A DNA stretch of 64,000 nucleotides from Podarcis filfolensis (taxonomy: Eukaryota): NCBI GenBank assembly GCA_964270895.1, contig OZ185441.1, one strand, 5' to 3'. How positions within the stretch are numbered: position 1 is the first letter of the stretch; the number at the start of each line of letters is the position of its first letter. Positions 1-9,500 of the stretch are shown in pieces. The notes beneath the pieces were generated by a model that did no database searches, had not been told where the DNA came from, and saw only the letters and a program-made list of their open reading frames with translations. Both the position numbers and the translations under genes were made by a program.

Positions 1-364
1 CTCTAAGGAAAGTACAGTTTACAAATTCAAGTTCTGAGACCTGAGTGTAGGAAAGAAATTCCAGGGACCCTGGCAAGAGAACCTCTGGCACAATGAGGTC
101 TGTAAATATGAGCCTGCGAACTAGCAGGGCCTCCAGAATGTCAGTTATCTCTGTGTTTGGCTTGATTCCAGAAGAACCTGCAAATTGTTCCAGATTTCCT
201 CCTCGAAGCTCATATGTGGTGGCTGGAAGGCACTGAATGAAGTTATTCGCCTCTAGTGAACAAACACAGTGACGTAGGGACTCTGTAAAGTTACAGTTGG
301 CTTTTGCTTTGGGGAGTTCCAGTCCCAGGAGAAGGGAGAACACAAAGGCCTGAGTTCTGAGCAT
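1..364 (-). CDS. CD14: Monocyte differentiation antigen CD14, N-terminal part (ORF runs off the window start)
   Basis: Manual reverse translation from gcaccATG at 364: MLRTQAFVFSLLLGLELPKAKANCNFTESLRHCVCSLEANNFIQCLPATTYELRGGNLEQFAGSSGIKPNTEITDILEALLVRRLIFTDLIVPEVLLPGSLEFLSYTQVSELEFVNCTFLR, with no stop. It has a signal peptide, the C..CVC..QC pattern, GGNLE.F and AL.VRRL, matching human CD14. Acceptor cttttctcttttcag precedes the exon start at 374. Syntenic with TMCO6. Missing from the ORF track because no stop codon lies in the window. Confidence 0.92.
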   Translation of the reverse strand, partial: MLRTQAFVFSLLLGLELPKAKANCNFTESLRHCVCSLEANNFIQCLPATTYELRGGNLEQFAGSSGIKPNTEITDILEALLVRRLIFTDLIVPEVLLPGSLEFLSYTQVSELEFVNCTFLR

Positions 365-681
365 GGTGCAAACCCTGAAAAGAGAAAAGCCACAGTTGTT
401 GTTGTTTTTTTAAAAAAATTGTTAATGATTTTTTTGTTTTACAAAAGCACATGCCAGAAAAGTCATAGTTAAATCACAACATTATTTCCTAAAGTGTCAG
501 CAACCATCTGTATGCTGCAGGATTTGACAGATCGCATGGGAAGTCAGTGGGAACAACGTACTCCAAGTAATGCCACACACTTCTGAGGTTTTAACTATTT
601 TCCCATCCTGGATTCCTTTGCTAGTGGGGATGGGAGAGGTAGCATGGCAGCCGAGACCCTCAAATGCCTCTTCCCTCTAGA

Positions 682-684
<3 letters not shown>

Positions 685-733
<49 letters not shown>
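685..733. repeat. (TA)n microsatellite forming the tail of an L1-type insertion
   Basis: About 24 TA units seen directly. Confidence 0.95.
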
Positions 734-736
<3 letters not shown>

Positions 737-1229
737 AAATATAATTTTTATTGATACACAAGAAAAAAGAAAAAACACAAATACACACAGTAATAACCAT
801 AGATACATAATTTTCTTAACAAACAATAAAACATATATTGGTCTTAACACTAAAGACCCAACCTCCCGTCTATTCCATATTTCGATTTCATATTACTTAT
901 TGCCAATACACACTTTTATCATAATTAAACTTTTTCTTCATATATCTAATTTCTTATATCTACCTTGCAACTATTACTGAAGTTCCTCGAATGCTGCTAC
1001 AGAATTTTAAACAACTATATTTATTTTTCAAATATTCTTTGAAAACCTCCCATTTTGAAACAAATTCCTGTTTTGATTTATTCTTTATTTTTTCTGATAG
1101 GCCGTCTAATTCAGCATATTCTGTCAGCTTTTGGATCCAATCTTGTATAGAGGGGATTTCATTACTCTTCCATTTTGCCGCGATCAGAACTCTTGCTGCC
1201 GCCGTCGTAGATAAAAAGATACCCTTCCA
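689..1229 (-). mobile_element. 5'-truncated L1-clade LINE 3' end with 17-bp TSD
   Basis: The reverse complement matches the ORF2 C-terminus and 3'UTR of the copy at 23185-23822 (GIF..TAAARVLIAAKWKSNEIPSIQDWIQKL). TSD tccctctagaaactata at 672-688 and 1230-1246. Confidence 0.88.
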
Positions 1230-3966
1230 TCCCTCTAGAAACTATAATGGAGACACAGCGCAGGTTTGGCCTTGTGATGCTACTTGCGCCACTATGCCAG
1301 TTTCCACTCCTGGCTCAGCCCCACCTGCATTTCCAGCCGAAACAAACACCTCACAGGCTTGCACAATAGCGGTGTGTCCAAAACCTTCCCTCACATAGAA
1401 AACTAGCACCCCAGGGAGAAGCTAGAGCACTTTGTCCTGATAGACAAGTTTTCTATGTACAATGATTATTTGATTTTATTTTTTGCATGGAAAGGCATTA
1501 AGTCTCATGAAGTGCCACCTGCAGTCAGAAATGGGACACTTGCCTCAGTAAGAGGGTAGGGAAGGAAATTGCTGCTCACTACTTAACAAAAGAAACAGGA
1601 GATGGGTTTTGTTGTTTGTGAGCAATGAGGAGATGGGGAGAGGAGAGGATCTTTTCCCTGGATACTTTTAATTAAAGAGAGAGGGGACACAGCCCTGTCC
1701 GTCTTACTTCAAATAACACATAGCCAAGGAAACACTCCTAACAAACCTATTGTTGAGAGAAATGTGACACAAATGACACTCTTGTGCTACAACTTGCCGT
1801 TGGTTTATGGTTGCATTCAGTGATGTGGGACACAAAATTTTCCAGGGCTTAATTTTTCTGCAGAAAAGTTTACATTTCATAAGTTCTTTAATAACAATGG
1901 GTGCCAATTGCAACTAATTATTAGACAAGCTTGACACTATCAAAGTTCATAGCTTTCTTTACTAAATACAGTACAAGTAAAAGTAAATGTGCTAAATGAA
2001 ATCACTCTCTAAGGGCATCAGATAATCACTATATGCAAATCACCCTATTTGCATGTGCAATTTTTCCTGGAAGACCCACACCACTGACTATGTATAGTTC
2101 ATCCTTAGAAAATAATAATGTTCATGTCTGGGGGTTTTTGTGGGGTTTTTTTGCATTCTGCCAGTTATAGTGCTCTCCTGGAACTGAAATCTATTTAATT
2201 ATTGCTATGTTCAGAAGTAGGTCACAAAGCTAAAATAGAACTGGAAAGTAGTGTAGCGTATGAGATGGCATTTCTTTACAAGCAAGGTATGTCAGAATCA
2301 CAAAATGCTTTTGCATCCTTAGCTGGAAGAAAGCTACCGAACACGGCGGGCGGGTGGCAGGGCTTACTTCTGAAAATACTTGGATAATACGTACCATATT
2401 GTGCTGTACATGTGCCAGAATGGCCCTCTAGTGCTTAGGAGGAGAAAAATGGCATTTCAACAACAAAGCTAAAAGTCACCTACCAACTGCTCTGGAAGTT
2501 GAGACTCGTTTCTGCCACAGATACCCTTCTGCTCCTTTCCACACACAACACGTTGTCTTAGGAACTGTCCCGTTGTGTTCAGTAGCAGCAAAGGGTCAGA
2601 GATTACTCAGTTTTAATTTTCCAGCTGAGTTCTTCCTCCCAACCTGCTTCTAGTTATTTCAGCAGAATTTCACAAGCCTTTTGAGGAACTTCCAACACAG
2701 GAAGATTACATAACGAAGAGCTCCAAACTGGGAAATAGTGAATCGGAAAGTGATCTCAACTTTCAAGTTCATTTCTGAAAAATAACAGGCAGAAGGCATT
2801 ATTGTCAAAAGTAGCCTAGCAGCTACATTTGTTTTACTAATTCCACATGTCCATCCTGCACACACTTCCTGAAAGTCAGGCTAGCTCCCGGGCAGAGGAT
2901 GGTATTTGTTAGTATTCCAGCCACCACCTTAAAGAACAACAAGAGAAGTAGACCAGACTACTCAACCCCAGGCTGGCTCCTATTCAGAGCAGACAGCATG
3001 TGGTTATTGTGGTATGAAAAGCAAACAGTGAAATCGCATTCCTGAGTGCTGCTTTGTACTGGATTTTGGGCTGTCCTGTGCTAATTTTTATGTTGGTGGT
3101 ACGGTACTGATAATGTTCTGATAGTGCTTTTAAGCTTATTTTTGTTTACATTTTTACCAATTTGTATGCTTTGTATATAAAACTCATGCAAATTCATGAG
3201 GATCTATGTAAATAATACTAGATCTGGTTTTTTATCAAGGCCCATAAAGGTTAATAAATGTAATTCAGTAACATGGAGGGAATGCCAAAATACAAGCAGG
3301 CACTTGTAGCATACAAATTGTGAGTGACTATACATGCAATGAATATGCATTTTCTGTTGAATTGATGGCAACCAGTTCCATCATGTTCCCTTCATAGATA
3401 AGGAGGGAGCGGGAAATGGACAGACTTGAATTTCCAGTTTCAACAGACCTGTGGGTTTTTTTTTTAATCTTCTGGGGTGGGGAAGTGAGCTGTCCACATA
3501 AATCAATTAATTTTAGGCTGGCATGACCACAAAGAAACCAAAAGAAACAACCAAGGATGTGGTTTGTTTGTGTTCTTTCTCACTTATGTCTTCATGTGTG
3601 TTAAAAAAATTAATGTGGGGTTTTTTTTTTTTTACCATTTAATCTGCATTGTCCAAGAAGGTATTTTGCTCCCTGAGGGGAAGGAAAAATGTTGTCCTAG
3701 TAGACACAGCTACTAAATTTCACATCAACACTGGCAAAAAGGTCAGCACACATGAAGGCAGCACGCTTGCTCAGGGATCACTGGGCAGGCAATGTGGCAC
3801 CCAGTTCTCTCCCCCTCAGACACCTCACAACTGTACATTGCCCAGCATCTGTGCCTGAGGCAGCCACTTCACTCTGCCTACTATCAAGGCTGGCCCTGCA
3901 GTAGAGCACAAGACTTCTGCATGCAGTTGGCTGCTGGATTTGGCCTGAAGTTGTTAGCCAATCATG

Positions 3967-4302
3967 GGGACACAGGTGGTGCTGTGGGTTAAACCACAGA
4001 GCCTAGGACTTGCCCATCAGAGGGTCGGCAGTTTGAATCCCTGCGATGGGGTGAGCTCCCATTGCTCGGTCCCTGCTCCTGCCAACCTAGCAGTTCGAAA
4101 GCACGTCAAAGTGCAAGTAGATAAATAGGTATCGCTTCGGCGGGAAGGTAAACGGTGTTTCTGTGCGCTGCTCTGGTTCGCCAGAAGCGGCTTAGTCATG
4201 CTGGCCACATGACCCGGAAACTGTACACTGGCTCCCTCGGCCAATAAAGCCAGATGAGTCAGTCACTACTGGACCTAATGGTCAGGAGTCCCTTTACCTT
4301 TA
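3967..4302 (+). mobile_element. Sauria-type (tRNA-derived, Bov-B-like tail) SINE
   Basis: Head gggacacaggtgg..tgtgggttaaacc, B-box-like ggcagtttgaatccc, tail ctttaccttta. TSD tgttagccaatca at 3952-3964 and 4304-4316. Three further copies in the window. Confidence 0.9.
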
Positions 4303-5338
4303 CTGTTAGCCAATCAGGTTCTTGATCGCCAAATATATACTGATTTTGCCAGCTTTCATCATGTCATGGTTGATGTACCTAATTGTCCTAAAAAGGGATT
4401 TTATACAGCCAGTGACCACTGGTATTTTTTGTTACAGATGCAAGAGAAGACAGACGCAAAATGCCTTTGTGATGCTTTATTCATCTTATGATGAATAAGC
4501 AATACTTCGATACACACACATTATTCTAATAATCAATCCCATCAACTGGTTGATCAGGCCAATCAGCTGGTAGGAATCACACTGAACCAGCAGTTGCTGA
4601 GGTTAGATAACGTGGGGTCCCTTTTCAAATGTATACTGTCTATGTGTATATCCTAATGGTGAACACTGGACTTTGTATATGATTTTTATCAAAATGCCTT
4701 GCTTAGGCTGCTCTAGTGTGGATAAGCCCTCAGCCTTCTAATTCTACTTACTTTCAGCAGTCAAAATGTTATGCTTCAGTTAACCTAAGCTATTTTAGCC
4801 ATTTCACCATCGAAATTCCCCTCTTCTATGCTAATATAATTCTCTATTCCTTAACTTAACATATCAATATTTCTTTCATATATTAAAGTTCTTTCCCATA
4901 GCTGGTATGATAACCAAGCATGATTTATTTAGAGGTCCCATCAAAGAGCATTATTTCTGTACTTCTTTATTTCAACATCATCCCCACCCCAACCAAAGCA
5001 TTAATATGAGTAGATTGACGCCTTTGCTGCAACCTGTGGGGTGCTTTCTTTGGGGGAGTTTTGTCTGTAACTCAAACCACCTATCCCGCCCTAAAAATAT
5101 TTGACTTGTAGCATTAACAGTAGGCTTCACTGCAGGGCTATCATAAGCTACCCTCACAATATATCCTTTCTTGCCACAGGGCTACTGAAGTTCACAAAAA
5201 GGAAAAGGAAAATAAACTTACGTTGCTTCATGGGCGTAGTCAGGATTTTTTTGGGGGGGTGCAGAACCGACATGGTTGGTCAGTTAGTAAAGTATTTCTA
5301 TCGTTTTACTTGATCGCGGGGAAGGGCAGTGACGTGTA

Positions 5339-5564
5339 CAGTGGTACCTCGGGTTAAGTACTTAATTCGTTCCGGAGGTCCGTTCTTAACCTGAAACTGT
5401 TCTTAACCTGAAGCACCACTTTAGCTAATGGAACCTCCTGCCTCCGCTGCGCTGCCGGAGCACGATTTCTCTTCTTATCCTGAAGCAAAGTTCTTAACCC
5501 GAGGTACTATTTCTGAGTTAGCGGAGTCTGTAACCTGATGCGTATGTAACCTGAGGTACCACTG
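5339..5564. mobile_element. Tc1/mariner-type MITE
   Basis: TIRs cagtggtacctc...gaggtaccactg flanked by TA on both sides. A reverse-oriented copy is at 11276-11488. Confidence 0.88.
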
Positions 5565-5959
5565 TATTGCAGGGTTGTGGCAAACTGCCCTCTCAGCCTT
5601 AGTTAGACCCCCCCCCGCCAGTCCCAATATTAAACACTGGCCTGCGCTGCAGGGCTGTTGTAAGTCACAAGCTTTCCTCCAAACCCACCCTTCCTGTCCT
5701 CAGTAAGGGGCTGAGAGGGACTGTGTGTGCATTGGAATAGGCAGTGTAAATTATAAGACCCGAATGACCTCATCTCTTTGCTCCTATCTCGCTTCCAAAT
5801 GATGCTAAAGAAAAACCTCGAATTCCTAAGAGCATCCCTCACTTCTGCCCCGGGGAGACGGTTGAAAATAACATCGCAATGTGACAAGGGAACTCATTCA
5901 TCCAGGGAGCTCGACGACTCTACACTTTTTGGGTCTATAGTTCCCTTCATTGAGTTTTT

Positions 5960-6528
5960 CCTTTCCCGGACGGAGTGCGCAGGCGCACTGAGCCGATAGT
6001 TGAAACATCCGCCAACCTGGCTGCCCCTCCCTCTCCTTACTTCCTTTCCTCCGGCCGCAACCCGGTCGGATAACTCTTGAGTTTGTTGTCCTGGCAACCG
6101 CGCGGAGTTGGTCTGTGCCTGGACCAAGGCCTCCGCCCGGCGGCTCTGCTTGTCCATCTCTCTTGTCATTCAGAGACCTTCCTCCTCCTCCTCCTCCCGG
6201 CCTCGCTGGTGTTGGCCCCTGAGAGGCAGGCCCGGCTCCTCTGGGCGGCAGCCCCTTGCTGGGAAGAGGGAGAAGGCCCTTGAGCCGTGGCCTGCGCGGG
6301 GGGAGCCATATCATTGAGTCCATGTCAGGAAAAAAGGCAGGGTGCAAATAAGTATATAATAATAATTGCACGCAAATGTGTGGCTCTGTGGACACGAGTT
6401 GGGAGCCGACAGTAGTGACCGGCTGCTGGTCCTTTTAAAGGGACAGCTCCGCCCCCATTTTTAGGAGGGGTGCTCTATATGTTGCTACCTGCTGCCTAAG
6501 GGGGCAGCCCAGGCTCAGAGCAGGAGCT
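5960..6528. promoter_or_regulatory. CpG island / TMCO6 promoter region
   Basis: CpG-rich. NRF1-like TGCGCAGGCGCA at 5976-5987 and GC box ctccgccccc near 6447. Lies directly upstream of the TMCO6 coding start. Confidence 0.7.
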
Positions 6529-9500
6529 ATGATTTCTCTTGGGTCCGTCCCGGGTGCTGAAGCAGCGGCAGCTGCTGCCTCCCATGGAGTCGCTGGTCCA
6601 AGGAGCTGGAGAAAAAGCCGCTGGGGGCCACGCAACTGCAGCGTGGAGGACCTGCGGACTTGGAGGAGAGAGCAAGAGTCAGGTTTGTGTGTGACTTCCT
6701 TCCGCAGCTTTATTGGGACGAGAGAGGGAGTTGCATATTACTTTGCTCTGTGTGGCAGTCTCATTTAACAAGCTCTTTTTGCTCCTTGTATTGCGGCAGT
6801 TTGATAACAATGTGCTGCTTTGTTTGCAGCTCTACGGAGTGCGCGGAGGCATCAGCAGTTGATCAGCAAGCGGCTTTTGTGTGAAGACACCTTGATGGAT
6901 GAAGGGCAGGTTGGAATGGACAGTGGGGTAGCAGCTCCTTTCTCTGAAGAAGAGGTAGGAAGATCGTCCATTTTTTGAAGTTGATTGGGTCTTAAAGGTA
7001 AAGGGACCCCTGACCATTATGTCCAGTCGTGACCGACTCTGGGATTGCGGTGCTCATCTCGCTTTATTGGCCGAGGGAGCCGGCGTACAGCTTCTGGGTC
7101 ATGTGGCTAGCATGACTAAGCCACTTCTGGCGAACCAAAGCAGCGCACAGAAACGCCGTTTACCTTCTCACTGGAGCGGTACCTATTTATCTACTTGCAC
7201 TTTGACGTGCTTTCGAACTGCTAGGTTGGCAGGAGCAGGGACCGAGCAATGGGAGCTCACCCCGTCATGGGGATTCAAACGGCCGACCTTCTGATTGGCA
7301 AGTCCTAGGCTCTGTGGTTTAACCCACAGCGCCGCCCGGTCTTAGATATTAATAAATGCAGTGCATTTAGTCACGCAACCCTTTGATTTGTTTAGAGATA
7401 ACTGATATTTTTGATTTATAGCTAGCTTATGATCACAGTATATGAAAGTGCCATGCGAGCGAAGCGGTACAACGTCCAAGTAATATTTCAAGTTGATGTC
7501 TTTTTTCTTTCAAAAGAGATGTTAAATAGTTAAATTTCATAGCCCACCGCACCCTGGCCTATGAGACTCCAGGATTGTTTCAGCCCTTCATACCACAGAG
7601 GTGGACAGCAGCAAGAGGCTTCCACCTGAGATTTGCTTTCCCTTCAAGTTCTGTCACTGATTCAGTATTGCTCACTAGCAGATTTCACAGCTGCTGAAAA
7701 ACATCCAAAGAGGAAAAGAAGACAGGGCAACATCTCTGCGTCTCCTTCGACAAGGACTACAGCACAGAGAAAACCAGCAGAAATTCATCAGGTTAGTTAA
7801 TGTGCACTTGACCTGCTGATGCCTATTCCGGGGGTGGGGGGTGGGGTGCTTGTCTGTGTTGAAGTAAATGGAACTATTTAGGTGCAGTACAGCATCTTAC
7901 CTTGTGCAGAAACAACCCAACGTAAGTGGAGAGAGGTCCAACTTCCTTGTTAGCTGGATTTCTATTAGATGTCCATGACCTTGAAAGTGTGGCAGCTCCA
8001 GAGATTAGATGAGCCCCCCAGAAGAAGAGAGGCACTCTGTAGTGCACAGAAATGCTCTCCTCTTCTTCATCCAACAGGGTGTTGAATGCTAGTCTGTTAC
8101 AGTTTCTGTCCTCCCTGCTGTTTTCTGGGTTGAGAAGAGGGCTGAGTATACAAGCCTCCCAAGGACAAACTTTCTTTTAGATTTTGGATGTTTGTTTTCA
8201 CTATTCTTTGGCTGTGGCTAGTGTGTGCTCAACCTCCTGTTTTTTTAAGACAGACTCTAACTTTGAATTGATAACCTGAACTAACTTGTGGGGGTCTGGT
8301 GTGGGAAGAACGGGTAAACTTTATGTTCTGTTCCAGTCTGGGTTAAATAAACTTGCCAATGTTCAATTCCAGTTTGGGCTGGGTGGGAAATAAGTTGTCA
8401 AGTTGTTTAGGTTTGTTAAGTGCCATTCAGTTGGAATTCGCCTGATTTCCTGGGCCATGCAGATGAACAGTAATATCCCATGGGATATTTTTTGATGAGT
8501 GGCTATGTCAATGTAAAAGATAAATACGATTATAACAATGATAGTAGGAGCAATAGTGACAACTACTAGGCTATTGGGATAGGTCCAACTTCACACTTAC
8601 TTTCCTTCAGTAGAACAGATAAGTAAAAAGAGTATGTGATTTGGCAGAGGACTGCATAAAGATGGTGTTTTAATTTTGTAGGCTGGAGGGCAGTATGCGT
8701 GTGCTGATTGGTCTCTTCACTGGCAATCTGGCAGATCTGCAGATGGATGCAGCTCGCTGTTTACATGAACTCTCCCATTCCAGTGACCCTGATGTGGTTG
8801 AGGCGTGTTTGCCGGCAACCTCCTACCTCTTGACGTACCTCTCTGGACACAGTGTAGCCCTAATGGTAAGATCCAGGCTGGCGGTACTTGGCTGTTCCAG
8901 CTTCTGGTAAGGCAAATGAAGTGTGACCTTTTGCCTACACCAGGCTCCACGTTACAGAGTATGAAAACTATCCTCTCCAGCATACTCTTTATTTTTTGAG
9001 TTTAAAAAGTGGCTCAAGATGGAACAAAGTACATTGCTATTGACTTCAACTTAATTGGGTTTTATCTGATAAAACAGGCCCTTTTGCATATTTGAAGCAA
9101 ATGTGCCCCAGCTTAGGCCACTAGGTACCAGAAAAGTGTGGATTAAAGGTCTGAAGAACATGGGAAAGGTAAATGTGAAGACTAGAGAAAGTTGCGGCTG
9201 CCTGGGCCTTTTGCAGTGACATGAACTTGGCTGCAAGTACATCCTGGAATGAGGGAGTGATTGTAGTCCGGCTATAGTTGGAAGAATCATTGTAAGGTTC
9301 ATTGGATAGGAGGTCTCCCATTGAGGGGTGGTAGCAAAGGCTCATATGGATGCTGACCTCTGACAATTGGTGTAAAGTTATTGATCACATTAACATTATT
9401 TTCAGAAGTATATGTTTCCATTGCCTATATTTCTTCTCGCTGCTTGAGCTGTTACATCTCTGCATCCCCAAATCTTCTCAGCTACTCTTCGCTCCAGTGG

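Noticed and set aside
1600-1920. Possible CD14 first exon ending at donor GAA|GTAAGA (about 1708) with nearby C/EBP- and CCAAT-like motifs
   Set aside because: Several equally plausible donors exist and there is no sequence-only way to choose.
3967-4050. tRNA-like A/B boxes at SINE heads
   Set aside because: Part of SINEs; no cloverleaf or anticodon arm, so not tRNA genes.
5894-6395. Long minus-strand ORFs (165 aa and 91 aa) in the TMCO6 CpG island, and a weak resemblance of EALVQAQ..R...QQ to the HARS WHEP helix
   Set aside because: GC-rich stop-poor sequence with no recognisable domain. The WHEP likeness is 7 of 17 residues in a low-complexity helix and lacks the second helix. Only the exon-like part is kept, as a finding.
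8472-8489. Perfect 18-bp palindrome AATATCCCATGGGATATT
   Set aside because: Isolated and intronic, with no associated structure; compatible with chance or TE decay.
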